NCBI GenBank assembly: GCA_905178155.1
Contig: CAJINV010000040.1
Span: 4,970 to 33,492, forward strand
Direction: 5' to 3'
Source of the DNA: Amoebophrya sp. A120
Taxonomy: Eukaryota > Protista > Dinoflagellata
Length of the DNA: 28,523 nt
Position 1 is the first letter of the stretch; each line of letters begins with the position of its first letter. The notes under the pieces are model-generated. The model saw nothing but the letters and a program-made list of their open reading frames with translations. It was not told the DNA's origin and ran no database searches. This document shows positions 11,160-22,235 of the stretch, one piece after another. The position numbers and the translations under genes were made by a program.

Positions 11160-12384
11160 GTTGCGCGAGAACGAGGCCTGTGATTCGAGAAGAAATTTTT
11201 TCTTCTAATACGAGCAGCTCAATGGCAATTGTGCTCAGCTTGAAACTGTCCCTGACTGAACGCGAAGGAAATTACACTCCTTTTTTGTGATATCGATTTG
11301 TCTATTCTCCCTCCTTTTGATGGGCAAAGCGCGGAGTTGTGGAGCCCAAGTGGATGAGGCGAGGGGCGGCCAAATCTAACGAAAAACCACGTTCGCGAGG
11401 AAAGATACAAATGCGAAGGTAAAGATTCAAGCGCCTGGTCCACCTGGGGCAAAAAAGGGAGCCAATCGAAAGCCAGAGTTGACATTATCAGACTCGAAGC
11501 AGGGCACTCTCTCCCACCTCATCAGACATTGTCGCTCTAATTCTTTCTGCGTACGAGGCGTTCAACACGCAATTGCGCTTTGAAAAAAGAGCATCGCTCT
11601 GTTCCTTTCAAATTTGACACAAGGCGAAAAAACTGACGAAACGACATCGAGGGCAACGTTAGAAACCAGAGAGAAGCACGGCCAGGGTCTTTTGCCGGGC
11701 TGTTTTAGCGATCAGGAATTTGAACCTAAAAAAAAAACGATATCGCAAACTTTGTCTCCCTCGATTTCAACTAGCGCAGTGCCAGCGCTATTGTGCAAAT
11801 CGGTAGTGGTAACTCGGGTCGGGCTGTCGTGATATCCCTTGAAGCTCAATTCTTCTCTCACTTCGAACAGGAGATATACAGGTTCGGGCCCCCTCTGGCG
11901 GGACTGCTAATTCAAGTTGTCACGGAGACTCCTGTACTTCCAGCTGATAGTTCACGCAAAGTTTTTCGTTCGAGTTCTAGTTTCCACCTAGATAATGAGT
12001 GGGTTCTCTAAGATTGCCACAGATGCTGGCTGTGACAGTACAACAAGCAGGAAAAAAGCCCTTCCTGGGTATTCAAAGTCGCCACACTGGTCAGACTTTT
12101 GTCCGCTGTCTGTGAGAGAAGCTGTTACTCGCAGACGTAAACAAAATCAAAAGCAGTTTGCTTCACATAACATTTGCAGAAGTTCTGCGGAGAGGGTCAT
12201 CAGTGAAAGAGCTCTCAGTAAATCAAGCGCGTTCCTCATCAATTGGGAGTAGTCGCTATTTCACGCGAACAATAAACGAGTGAAGCACAGCGTACACGTA
12301 GTTTTCTGGAACCAGTTCGGCTATTTTGACTGATAACGCAAGAGCTCTTCTATGATCCACTAATCTTCCTCCCGCTCCCAACTC

Positions 12385-13500
12385 CTACATTTCGACGTCT
12401 TCCTCCGCCGCCTCGTCTTCCAAAAAGAACAGGTCCGCGCGGACGCAATCAACGTCCGGGTGCTTCTGGAGGTACCGACAGATTTTGCCTGCGAGGTCCG
12501 AGATTTCATTATGCAGGTTGATCCCTTTATTACGCAGCCCAGCCGCGTACCCGGGAATCACCGCTTCGCGGACGACCTGGACCATGGCCTTTCACTATCC
12601 TGAGCAAGAACGTCCCCACCCCAAAGTTGTCATGCAAATTGCGTTGGCAAGCTGTGAACAGGATAAGGACATGGATTTGTAATGCGGCTGCCACAGCGAC
12701 GGCTTCACTGCACTACCATCCAAAGCGGAATCTGTCACGTATGACTTCCAAAATTTGTGGATTTGCAGCGCAGACTGCTCATCTTGACGCTAGAGAGAAA
12801 ACGCTCTTGCAAATGATAGCCATGCGCCTTTTCTCACCTCGTCCTTGCCCGCGATTACTGTGCGGTCGACGTCGAGACGGACCGTCTTACAGGCATCCAT
12901 GCCGACTATGTCGGCCTTCTTGGTTGCGAACGTTTCCCACGTCGGGCCGGAGTCACCGGGTTCCTCCTGGTCGTTTTCCGCGGCGACGCCGCTTGCTGCT
13001 TCTGCGGGAGAAGCGGGTCGCACGTGGTGTTCACGAAAATCAATGACGAGATAGCTGATGCGCGGGTCACGTTTCAAGGCGTCCGTGGCGCGGGAGGCGA
13101 GGGCCTCCACCGCGGCCCACTCCTCCGGCTCCTTGAAAGCACCAAACTTCTCGCGGACCTGCTGCAGGACCTTGTAAAAGTCCACCGTGCGACGCCCCCG
13201 TTTGTCGGTTTTCTTCAGATCGCTGACGGGTCCTATAACGCAGCGCCTACGGGCAGCGGCCAGCCTTTTGCGCTTGCGAATCTCTTCCCTCCGCTCTTCT
13301 TTTTCGTCTAGATCCGCAAGGGTGTCGTAGATGTGATCGACAATATCTGCAGAGCACGAACTCGCCGGCGACGGCGGCGCGGAGGAACAGGATGGAGTTA
13401 CTCCACCGACACGGCGGAGCAGCCGGTCGGTACTGGTAGAGCGATCAAGGTCGCTAGAAAGATCCAGGTCAGAGTCGGTAGAAAATGAGTCACCCGCCAT
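12385..13500 (-). CDS. Hypothetical protein, 2 exons (12819-13500, 12385-12590), ~295 aa
   Basis: The 236-aa and 66-aa ORFs join in frame (VRKGAW-Q-AMVQVVREAV) when the element below is removed. Ser/Asp-rich N-terminus and a basic NLS-like RKRKR. No family recognised. Confidence 0.7.
12596..12818. mobile_element. Introner-like inverted-repeat element
   Basis: Ends TATCCTGAGCAAGAACGT and TATCATTTGCAAGAGCGT. Element plus 5 nt is 228 nt; its removal deletes the stop at 12790 and keeps frame. Confidence 0.75.
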
Positions 13501-13700
13501 GAGTGTGGACTGATGTAGTCTCTCCGGGGTGAATTTATTTAGACTATTTGAAAAAATTCAGCTTCTTGCGATTTCGCAATGGCTTTTGGAACGAAGTCAG
13601 TTTGCTGTTTTTGGTGCCGATGGATTGCGAAGAGCACGAGTTCGCGGTGTTTTTTGCTACCCGCAGAGAAATCGATGCGAATCGCTCGCGGATCAAGTAC

Positions 13701-13740
13701 GAGCCAAGTATGTGAACCGAGAGCCAAGCATGTGAACCGA
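13701..13740. repeat. 20-bp tandem duplication
   Basis: GAGCCAAGTATGTGAACCGA followed by GAGCCAAGCATGTGAACCGA (1 mismatch). Confidence 0.85.
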
Positions 13741-14060
13741 AAGCTTGGCTGCTGGTGATATTATTGCGCTCTGTCGCAAATGCATCTGCATACTCACTCA
13801 GGAAAGCGTTTGTTTTTTGCTGATATTTGAATCGAACCCGACGAGCAAGATGTTGAAGTTGAACACATCGCACGCGCGTTACGAGTTCACTATGCGAAGC
13901 GAACGCCATGTGCATTACTCTGGGTCTGTGTCTGGACTGTAATTGCTCTAGAAAAGCGTTCATGCGACTGTACTGCTCGTCGCCTGTCTGACGTGCGTCG
14001 TTGTAATATGAAAACTTTAAAAGTATGATCTTCTGATAGTATGATCTTCTGACAGTCTAT

Positions 14061-14708
14061 TCACCACGTCGCATCACAATCCGCTGCCCAGCGCGCTTTA
14101 TCCTCGTCGGTCATATCTGTGAAGTCTGTCGTTGGTGAACAAATGCCGGCATACGTGGGTGGCGCAGAACAGCCCGCTACAGTCTGCGACCACTCCTGAG
14201 GGCACGGAGCTGCAAATTCGGTAGATTTGCTACTGCACGGCCATGCAGCACCGCATCTCCACGCCCAGTCGACTTTGTTGGCTAGGTCCATGGTCGAAAA
14301 GTTGCGCTCGCCACAGAAGCCTGAGTAGCTAGATCCAGGAACGCACACTGCACCGGCTGAATCAAAACCAACAGGGCAACCGCTGAAATTCATTGGACAG
14401 CCTCCTGCAAAGAGTTGCTTTCTCAGCGCAATGTGTACCGCGATAAAGCTGTCTTTTGTTAGCGCACTCAGAGCCATTTCGCTGGAGACCTGCTCGGCGA
14501 GGGATGCCGTTCCGGCTGCTATTGCCGATGCTTCATTGGCAGAGGCGTCTCCGACAGATTGCTTGTACGCGGAAGAAGATGTTGTGGCGCTTAGGATCTG
14601 GCTGAGCGTTTGGCTAGCTCCGGCAGCACTGCCAGGAAAAATAGGGTCGGCAGTAACGATACGCGATGTTATTGTGCCCAGGACCACCATCGCCGCGCCG
14701 CGCCGCAT
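14061..14708 (-). CDS. Secreted CPW-WPC domain protein (2 domains), ~215 aa
   Basis: ATG at 14708 after a T-tract; signal-like MRRGAAMVVLGTITSRIVTA. Domains CPMNFSGCPVGF...C...YSGFC...KVDWAWRCGAAWPC and APCPQEW...C.APPTYAGIC...KARWAADCDATW. Confidence 0.9.
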   Translation of the reverse strand: MRRGAAMVVLGTITSRIVTADPIFPGSAAGASQTLSQILSATTSSSAYKQSVGDASANEASAIAAGTASLAEQVSSEMALSALTKDSFIAVHIALRKQLFAGGCPMNFSGCPVGFDSAGAVCVPGSSYSGFCGERNFSTMDLANKVDWAWRCGAAWPCSSKSTEFAAPCPQEWSQTVAGCSAPPTYAGICSPTTDFTDMTDEDKARWAADCDATW

Positions 14709-14738
14709 TTTGTTCCAATGTATGGATTGCACCAGTTG

Positions 14739-14752
14739 AAAAAAAAAAAAAA
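14739..14752 (-). promoter_or_regulatory. T-tract upstream of ATG (example of a motif present before almost every array gene)
   Basis: T-runs or T-rich tracts lie roughly 15-50 nt before the ATGs at 14708, 15908, 16735, 17484, 18416, 19347, 19933, 21374, 23343, 24653, 25306 and 27672. Candidate trans-splice polypyrimidine tract or dinoflagellate TTTT-type core promoter. Confidence 0.55.
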
Positions 14753-15098
14753 CTGTTAATTCCGAACCTAGTGCAGCAATTTCGGGTTTTAGTGCTGAAG
14801 CAATTTGGCGGACCCACAAATCACAACGATTTTTGGCAGCAAAATTTGGTGCGAGTGCTCGCTCCTCTCAAATTCTGTCGAGAGCTGATGTTCCGAAATA
14901 TGGTTGAAAGACTCTGTAGCAGCGCGGCTGAGAGTATGCAGCTGCGATGTCGCACGTGCAGTGACGCAGATTTATTGCACTCTATTCAATGGATCGCGCC
15001 GCCAACCGTGGTCATTTTCACCAAGCTTGTTCCACATTTAGCTGTTTCTTGCAATGTTGCCTTTGGAGAGGCATCTCAACTTGCTACATGAAGTACGC

Positions 15099-15908
15099 CT
15101 ACATCCAGTACGCTCCGCAACGATGCTCCCACAGTGCGAGCATCTTGGCGTTGAAGCCAGTGAAATTTTGCACGTCGGTACACGGTCCAGCATAAGATGG
15201 AGAGGGTTTGCACTTATGTATTCCCGCTGGAGCAAATCCGACGGGGCATGTAGCCGAGTAGGAACGGACGCCCGAAGCACATGGCCAGGAAAATCCACAC
15301 TGTTCCTCTGCACGCATTTTTGCTTCGAGGTTCATTGCTTGAAACGAATAGGGTCCTTTGCTGCAGCTTCCTCTGTAGGTGCTGGCCATGCAGGTTCCGT
15401 TTTGCGCCACTGAGAAGCCTATTGGACAGCTTCTGTAGTCCTTGGGACAGCTCCTTATCAAACCGCTCGGCGTAGCTAAGTGTGGCCTTGGTGTGTGCGA
15501 CATCCCGATCATCATTTCCCGAAACCCGGACACTTCGCTATTCTGTGGCTCTGGCCCGGAAGGAATAGCCGAGAGGGATGAAAATAGTCCGTCCGCAGAA
15601 GAGGCTCTCCGCAAAAAACTGGTTTCATGCCATGTCGAGCGCGGACTTGTGCCCTGGCTGTAGCTTTGTTTCACCAGGATGCTTCTGCCAGAATGTACGG
15701 TGCCAGCATCCGTATGCGCTTCCCGAAGTTCAGCAGGGAATGGCGGGAACGTCCGTGATGGAATCAATTTAGAGAACAATCCGCTTTGCTGCGTTGGCGC
15801 TGCTGTGATTGGCGTAGTTGCGAGGCGGATGGCTGGCAAACGCACGGCTGCAACGGCTGTGATCCCCGGGAGTACGAGGTGCGGCAAGGTAGCGAGTCTG
15901 TGAGCCAT
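15099..15908 (-). CDS. Secreted CPW-WPC domain protein (2 domains), 269 aa
   Basis: Hydrophobic N-terminus; TSFLRR. Domains CPKDYRSCPIGF...YRGSC...KMRAEEQCGFSWPC and RSYSATCPVGF...YAGPC...WEHRCGAYW. Confidence 0.9.
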   Translation of the reverse strand: MAHRLATLPHLVLPGITAVAAVRLPAIRLATTPITAAPTQQSGLFSKLIPSRTFPPFPAELREAHTDAGTVHSGRSILVKQSYSQGTSPRSTWHETSFLRRASSADGLFSSLSAIPSGPEPQNSEVSGFREMMIGMSHTPRPHLATPSGLIRSCPKDYRSCPIGFSVAQNGTCMASTYRGSCSKGPYSFQAMNLEAKMRAEEQCGFSWPCASGVRSYSATCPVGFAPAGIHKCKPSPSYAGPCTDVQNFTGFNAKMLALWEHRCGAYWM

Positions 15909-16267
15909 TGTGATGTGCGTCGACTTGGCAGAAGAGCACTTTAATTAAACTCAAAAAAAAAACTACAACGGGAGATTGTTCTAGGATTTTTTGAGTGATC
16001 CGCACAGCTTTTATGGCAAAGGCCGATGTCTTTTCCGGTACCTTTCAGGTGGCACGCAGCACTGTCATAGGATTTTCATTTCAATCACGGCAATTTGCGT
16101 TTTCACTGACCAAATGCTTTATGACAACGATTGCAGAACAGCTGAGTTGAGAAAACGTTAGCACCTGTAGGCGATTTCCGCGCATTGTGGTCAAACCAGA
16201 AGAGCCACGCGTTTTTTATCAAAAACAAAAATCGTTTGAGGGATCAAAAGCTAGGGCATCTTGAAGC

Positions 16268-16735
16268 TTACGCACACGGAAAGGTGGCTCCACACTTCCA
16301 AGCAAAGTCTGTTTTCTGTGCGTTGGTCATACCAGAAAACGACCGCGGGCCGCAGTACCCTGTATAGGATGCCGTCGGGTAGCAGGTTCCATCAGACAAA
16401 GTGAAGCCGATGGGGCATCCAGACATATCCATGGGACAGCCACCAGCGTAAAGCTGTTTCCGCACCGCCACGTGCGCAGCAACATACGCGTCCTTCTTCA
16501 GGCTTTCCAACGCTAGAGCTGACGAAACCTCTTCTGTCAGGGCGGCCGTTCCGGCCGCGATGGCAGCAGCTTCATTGACCGACGCGTTGCCGATGGACTG
16601 CTTGTATGCCGAACTGGAGCTGCCGGCCGACATAATGCTAGCTAGACTACTGGCTGCAGCTGCAGCAGAGCCCGGGAAAATTGGATCAGCCGACGCGATA
16701 GCGGCCACCGCCGAGAGAACAGCAAGACCCAACAT
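16268..16735 (-). CDS. Secreted CPW-WPC domain protein (1 domain), ~155 aa; paralogue of 14061-14708
   Basis: Signal MLGLAVLSAVAAIASA. ADPIFPGSAA...SSSAYKQS.G.AS.NEA.AIAAGTA is shared with the paralogue; ends KTDFAWKCGATFPCA. Confidence 0.9.
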   Translation of the reverse strand: MLGLAVLSAVAAIASADPIFPGSAAAAASSLASIMSAGSSSSAYKQSIGNASVNEAAAIAAGTAALTEEVSSALALESLKKDAYVAAHVAVRKQLYAGGCPMDMSGCPIGFTLSDGTCYPTASYTGYCGPRSFSGMTNAQKTDFAWKCGATFPCA

Positions 16736-17148
16736 ATTTTTTTGGCGCAATCAAAAAAAACAAAACCAACTAAGTGACTTGATATGAGTGAAGTATAATT
16801 GCGCAATAGGCCATACGTGTGTAAAATACCAAGTTTGATTGCAGACGGCATTGGCTTTGTGCTATGCGTTCTGATGTCTTACTTGCCATCCCTCCAAGAC
16901 ACACGAGCGCGACCCCTATGTCGTCGACAAGCGAAGGCATGCAGTGCAGCAGTGGACAAGTAGTCGACACCGAGATTTGCCACGAAATACTTCTGAACAG
17001 AACTGGAGGAAGGACTTTTTCATGTGCACTGACAAGAAGTGGCTTTTCATGCCTGCATACTGTGGCTCGCAATTCTTTATCAGCGTTCTTTGCAATACTC
17101 CAATCTCAAAGGGCGAGAACAAAGACTTTACGACCCGGCATTGGTTCC

Positions 17149-17484
17149 TCAGGCGTGCAGGTGCAGCTGCACGATTGGCGACTGCGTTTTGCGCTCTGGC
17201 AGGTAGCCCCCCGACGCTCCCATGATACGCGAGACCAAACCACGCAAGAGGGCTCCTTTGCGGGCTTGCAAGAAGGAGCTTGATTGACCGGTCGTGTAGT
17301 CTACTACGGATCCTCCTGCTGCCGCAGCGGAAGCGGCCCCATTAGAGGACGCGGCCGCCTGATATGCTAGTCCTGCGGACCTGTACGCCTTGGCGGCTGC
17401 GGAAATGTCAGAAAGATCGCTCTCACGCTGAGCCGAGACAAAAACTCCCATCAGGGCGCTCAGCACGACGGCAAGGCGAAACAT
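17149..17484 (-). CDS. Small secreted Ala-rich protein, ~111 aa
   Basis: Signal MFRLAVVLSALMGVFVSA; SSFLQA; ends in beta-strand-like SPIVQLHLHA. Confidence 0.8.
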   Translation of the reverse strand: MFRLAVVLSALMGVFVSAQRESDLSDISAAAKAYRSAGLAYQAAASSNGAASAAAAGGSVVDYTTGQSSSFLQARKGALLRGLVSRIMGASGGYLPERKTQSPIVQLHLHA

Positions 17485-17795
17485 TTTATTTTTGAAAAAG
17501 CTGGGAGAAAAAAATAACTGGAGCTGTAGTGGCTTGGGTGGAAACACATACTACTTTAGTGGCAGCCTGCGTATTTTTCTGGTAGTTCTTGAAAAAGTTG
17601 AAACCGCCACGACGTCACTCCGAGCAAAAGATAGCTGCTGGCACGTCTCTCACCACCACACATTCCGCTCAACAGCACGCAGTCGAGAACGAACAGACAG
17701 AGTCACCAGCCTGTAGACGCACTAGATAACGGGGCTTCGCATTACTTTCTATATGGCGAGAATCTTCGAATCAAAACAAGGTCCATTTTAATATT

Positions 17796-18416
17796 TTAAC
17801 CCAAGGCCGAGGCGATCATACCATTTAACGCCTTGACAAATTGGATCTGCATGTCCATGATCTTGCCTTGCATGGCCACCTCTGAGGCGTCGCGGGAGGA
17901 CTCAGTGGCCTGCAAAAGATCCACGGTGGATGCCCACGGAATGTCAGACGCCTTGACTTTGACGCCGATGGAGCCGGACCCTTTTTGGAGGAAGCTGGCA
18001 TGGAGCGCACTCTTCAACTCCCCGATCACGATTTTGGCCAAGGCGCCAAACTCTGCAGTGGCCTGTGCAATGGTCTTCGATTCCAAATCTGCGCGAACAT
18101 TTTCAAAAGCAGCAACACGGCCAGCAGACGCTCCTGATTCCGGGGCGTTCATCACGCGAATGAAAACTGGCGCGCCTTGGAGAAACGAAGAATGATGCAC
18201 AACAGCGTCAATCTCCGCTTTAGCAGATGCCAGCGCTGCAGTCATGGCTTTCTGGATTCCATTCATCCCGGATGCTTCCATAGCAGACTCTGCCTTTCCG
18301 TAGGACGCGAAGCCGCTCCCGGCATCCACCGGAGGCGCTAAGGCTACCTGGATAAGCGGCTCACTGTCAGCAGCAACGCTGCCAATCAAGCACGCTGTGA
18401 GAATTTTCCCATACAT
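17796..18416 (-). CDS. Secreted protein with three strand+helix modules; resembles apicomplexan blood-stage antigen 41-3-like proteins, 206 aa
   Basis: Signal MYGKILTACLIGSVAA; EPLIQVALAPP...SSFLQ...EFGALAKIVIGEL...ASFLQ...VDLLQATESSRDASE. The family resemblance is from memory and unverified. Confidence 0.85.
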   Translation of the reverse strand: MYGKILTACLIGSVAADSEPLIQVALAPPVDAGSGFASYGKAESAMEASGMNGIQKAMTAALASAKAEIDAVVHHSSFLQGAPVFIRVMNAPESGASAGRVAAFENVRADLESKTIAQATAEFGALAKIVIGELKSALHASFLQKGSGSIGVKVKASDIPWASTVDLLQATESSRDASEVAMQGKIMDMQIQFVKALNGMIASALG

Positions 18417-18690
18417 TTTCCTGAACTGTGAGAGCAGAAAAAAAATCTACTGAGAGGAAGATGTTTATGTCTGTAAAATGCATAAAATGCACGTGTGCAA
18501 GATTTTGTAAGCTACAGTTGATTGCTCTAGTTGCAGGTTTGTTTGAACGAGTCTTGGTCTCTCAGTAGTGAACAGAACACGAAGTGGTCGCGGGACTCAT
18601 TGCTGGCTGGATCAGAAATACTTTGGACTCAAGCAGATGCGACTCAACAACATTTAACAAACACTAGCACATTCTCAACAGGTCGATGTC

Positions 18691-19347
18691 CTAGTGCGAG
18701 AGCGCTGCGGCACCGATGGCATTCAAAGCCTTCACCAGCTGCATTTCCTTTGCAAGGATCGTGGTTCTGAGCCTTGTTTCACCCGAGTCGCGACGAGCCT
18801 CCATGTCACCCAACAAGGCCGACACAGTCTTGTACGATGGGTCTGCGCCGACGCGCACGTTGATTTCGCGGGAAAAGCGCAAAAAACTTTTGCGTCCGCG
18901 TAATTGCTTGTCAAACTCCGCGATCACAACTTTGGCAACCTCTGAAAATTCCTGCTTGGCTGACGAGACCAGAGCACCCATTGCCGCAGAGCGTTTGCCC
19001 TCTAACGCCTTGACCCCGGCAACACCCGCGGACTCATCTGAGGTGGCGCCTTCAATACGAACGGAAATGACCGGCTCCGCAATGTTCGCAAAAGACGCAC
19101 GGCCCATGGCTTTGGAAATGGTGTTCCCGAGCGTTGCCGAGGCTTGGGCCAGGGTCGACTTGTACGCGGCGTCGATTTCAGCCAGGGCTGCGTGTTCAGC
19201 TGCGAGGCGGCTTGACTCTGCGGCAGCAATAGCACTTGACACCGCTGGATAAGGGGCGGAAGGGGATGCTAAACTCAATTCCACCACCGGCTTGCCAGCG
19301 CGGACCAGCACGGCACAGGCACTGAGCGTCGATAGCAGCTTTGCCAT
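18691..19347 (-). CDS. Secreted paralogue of 17796-18416, ~218 aa
   Basis: Signal MAKLLSTLSACAVLVRA. KPVVELSLASP, EFSEVAKVVIAEF, KSFLR, LLGDMEARRDSGE and MQLVKALN are collinear with the neighbour. Confidence 0.85.
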   Translation of the reverse strand: MAKLLSTLSACAVLVRAGKPVVELSLASPSAPYPAVSSAIAAAESSRLAAEHAALAEIDAAYKSTLAQASATLGNTISKAMGRASFANIAEPVISVRIEGATSDESAGVAGVKALEGKRSAAMGALVSSAKQEFSEVAKVVIAEFDKQLRGRKSFLRFSREINVRVGADPSYKTVSALLGDMEARRDSGETRLRTTILAKEMQLVKALNAIGAAALSH

Positions 19348-19648
19348 ACTTGATTTTGGGAAAGACAAGTAGATACTGATACACAAAAAAACAGAATCCT
19401 GCGTGAGGCAGAAGGACAGACGGGTTGATGGTACGGGAAATCCACGTTGCCTTTTGCGAGAATCTCCGAAATCATGCGCCAATGCGCAGGGGGGAAGATC
19501 TCTCACCACGCTCAGACACGAAACACAAACACGAAACGCCGACGCGATCCAAATCTGGGCGGAGCCAAAGCTTTTTCAATTTTTGCTTTTCAATGGAGGA
19601 AATCAAATTCTGAAGAACTACAGTCCGAGTCAGGTCATTCTCAATCCC

Positions 19649-19933
19649 CTAGCCCAAAAGGTCACGCGCGGTTGCCTCATTCATTTTTTCCATGCTGATC
19701 ATGGACTGCAGTGCGCTGTTGGCATGAGCCCGGCGCCGAGCTAAGAGTGCCAAGGTTGCTGCCTCAGATCGGCGCATCTCAGCAGAGCGCCGCGCCGCGA
19801 TTGCATCTGGAATGGCGCTTTCCAACGCAACGTTGATCACTTCAACAGGTCCAGCAGAGCCGTGGGTAAGAATGTCCTTGTATCCGAAGGCGCACCCGAT
19901 CAGGGCAAAGAACAAGGCCGCAACGCGCATCAT
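19649..19933 (-). CDS. Small secreted protein, ~94 aa, single strand+helix module
   Basis: Signal MMRVAALFFALIGCAFG; PVEVINVALES followed by an Ala/Arg-rich helix. Confidence 0.8.
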   Translation of the reverse strand: MMRVAALFFALIGCAFGYKDILTHGSAGPVEVINVALESAIPDAIAARRSAEMRRSEAATLALLARRRAHANSALQSMISMEKMNEATARDLLG

Positions 19934-20240
19934 TTGTTGTAGCTTTCCCGTTTGCAAAAAAATCCTGAAGATTCACTTCAGTCACAATAACGAGAGCAAC
20001 ATGACTCCAATCAAAATATGCGTTTTGGGTAGGCGACGAGCGATCTCTCCCGCTTGTCACTTGCTTTTTGTCCAGTCCGTTAGCGAGGAAGAAGCGACTC
20101 AGAGCAGAACAGAGAGCAGAAAAGGCCTGCAAGGCTCAGTAAAAGCGAAGTTTTTGAAGGAAATATTCACTTGAATGCGAGACATCCACTGCTATTCTCT
20201 TGAAATGCCACCCGGGATGCTGTCACGGGATTGTGAGTTC

Positions 20241-21374
20241 TTATGCACTAGGCACCTTGGCGGAGCCAGATCCAAAGTACGGCGAGTTGACAATGGAGTC
20301 CGAGCCCGTGCTGTAAATGTCAAATCCAGATGCCGTATTTTCCAAAGCCGCGAGGGAGGCCGGCGCGACCGGGCACTCTGCGGGGACGGAAGTCGATTCT
20401 TCAAAGCTGCTGTACTGCGGCGGCAGGTTGTCACTCCGCAAATACAGAGCCATGGTGCACATTGGCGGGGCAGAGACGGTGCTGCAGGTGTCAGCAATGT
20501 CTGTGATCCAAAAACCTGGGCACGCGACCAAAGTGGCGATGCAGCTTGTGAAGCAGAGTGGCAGGCGACCGACCGGAGTTGGCTCGTTGCGGGCCATTGG
20601 AGTGGAGCACCGCGGAAAAATGGCGCCGCATTGCATAGACATGTAGGTCTTGAAGCACAGAGAATACGCCGCGCTACCCGTTTTGCCAACACGGTCCTTG
20701 TACAATGCCGGAAACGAAGCAATGGTGCCATCCAACTGGGCATCAGTCACGTCAGCAGTGACAAAGTCGGCAGCAGTGATTGGGTACAACACGGAGCCGA
20801 CACAGTTGTGGCCAGTAACCATTGGCATGCAGGGAAGCGGTTGGTTCATCCACACGGGGGGCGGCACCATTGGGGGAACTATCTGCAGCACGGTGGACAT
20901 TGCAGCCTGAATCAGGCCAGCACCGGTGGCAAGACCATTCATAGCGAGCATCTGAGGCATACCGCCTGCAGCTCCCGCGGCTCCAGATTTGCTTGCTAAC
21001 TCTGCGACCATCTTGCTGACGTCAAATCCGAAGAGACGCGACACTACCCCTCCCGGGAAAGCTGAAACTCCCTTGACAGCCACCGCAGCTGGGGCGATCC
21101 CATAGTCGCAGTGCGGGGTAGACGAGCCGGTTTTGTAGTCCTGCAAAAAGGAGACAGCGGTGTCCAACATGTTCAGGTGCGTTTGGTAAGAATTCACATC
21201 AAACTCCTTGGCCATTTTGTCATAGACCTGCAAAAACGCCTGCTCCATTTCTGGAGACTGCTCTTTGAACAAGGCGATATACGCATCAGACCCGTGCAAG
21301 TTTTTGTCTGCCATCTCTTGGCTGGTCATCAGTGCGGACGCACCGATAACGCAGAGAGACGCGACCCGCAACAT
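20241..21374 (-). CDS. Secreted Cys-rich protein with Frizzled-CRD-like domain, ~377 aa
   Basis: Signal MLRVASLCVIGASA; AFLQ and SFLQ. PPPVWMNQPLPCMPMVTGHNC...CFKTYMSMQCGAIFPRC...RLPLCFTSCIATLVAC has FZ-type cysteine spacing. Confidence 0.88.
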   Translation of the reverse strand: MLRVASLCVIGASALMTSQEMADKNLHGSDAYIALFKEQSPEMEQAFLQVYDKMAKEFDVNSYQTHLNMLDTAVSFLQDYKTGSSTPHCDYGIAPAAVAVKGVSAFPGGVVSRLFGFDVSKMVAELASKSGAAGAAGGMPQMLAMNGLATGAGLIQAAMSTVLQIVPPMVPPPVWMNQPLPCMPMVTGHNCVGSVLYPITAADFVTADVTDAQLDGTIASFPALYKDRVGKTGSAAYSLCFKTYMSMQCGAIFPRCSTPMARNEPTPVGRLPLCFTSCIATLVACPGFWITDIADTCSTVSAPPMCTMALYLRSDNLPPQYSSFEESTSVPAECPVAPASLAALENTASGFDIYSTGSDSIVNSPYFGSGSAKVPSA

Positions 21375-21684
21375 GATTTGATTCTTTGTAACAAAGAAAA
21401 AAGTAGCTAAATGCGCGTTAAATGAAGAGGTAGGTTCATGACCGCTAGGAAATGCAATTGTATACATATACACAAGCCGACGAAGAAATTTGCTTCGCTC
21501 ATTGTCTCTCCACACGAATCCGCGGTTGTGCAACGAAGAACATCATGAAATGTAGAAAAAAACAAATATCACGCAAGAAAGCGGGAAGACCTAGAACGCG
21601 AGAGAGCGGTGCTTGAGCTGTTTACTTAATTGAAAACAAACGCAAAGGCCTTGGACGCGTTTTTGGAAGTCCTGATTAAGTGAG

Positions 21685-22235
21685 TTACGCACACGGGAAC
21701 TCTGCGCCAACACTCTCCGCAACGGCTTGTTTTTCAATAGCCGCCAAACCAGAAAAGGAGACACTGCTTCCAGACGCGGAGACGCAGGCATCACCCGACG
21801 GGGCCCATCCCGAAGGACAACCAGCGTAGTTGCGGGCACAGGTCACCGCCGAAAAACTTACACCTTCTGCAACAGCAGCCGCCTGGAGTGCGTCGGATAG
21901 GGTAGCCTTGATCATCATGGCCGATTCACTGGGGTGGGCCGCCTTCAAAGAAGATTCTAGACCTGAAGTGAAGAAGTAAATTTTGACTGTAAGAGTTTTG
22001 CACGGTTAATAAAGTCATCATATGTAGTCTGAAAGTTATAAACACCTCTAAGCAGTTGGAATCTTGTACCTGCCAGCGCTGGAGCGCGCAAAAACGACGC
22101 ACGATCAGCGATAACGTTCACCACGAGAACGTCGCCTTTGTTCACATCAGTGAAGATTTCTTTAGGCAGGTCGAATGGGACAGTTGCCAAGCAGGATGCG
22201 ATCCCGCAGGCGAATGCCACGACGAACGACTTCAT
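21685..22235 (-). CDS. Secreted protein with degenerate C-terminal CPW-WPC domain; 2 exons (22070-22235, 21685-21962), 147 aa
   Basis: GT-AG intron 21963-22069 (G|GTACAA...TTCACTTCAG|GT) joins ASFLRAPALAG to LESSLKAAH in frame. Domain CARNYAGCPSGW...C...EKQAVAESVGAEFPCA. Confidence 0.85.

Noticed and set aside
11219-12252. Short ORFs and an unpaired TAT-N7-AAA end near 12169
   Set aside because: No partner repeat or consistent spliced frame could be built.
13544-13963. 139-aa minus-strand ORF between the array and the orphan gene
   Set aside because: No signal peptide or motif, and it contains a 20-bp tandem duplication. It cannot be supported, though it is not excluded.
16916-17122. Short ORF containing KKSFLQ
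   Set aside because: No signal peptide or credible splice link to the neighbours; probably chance.
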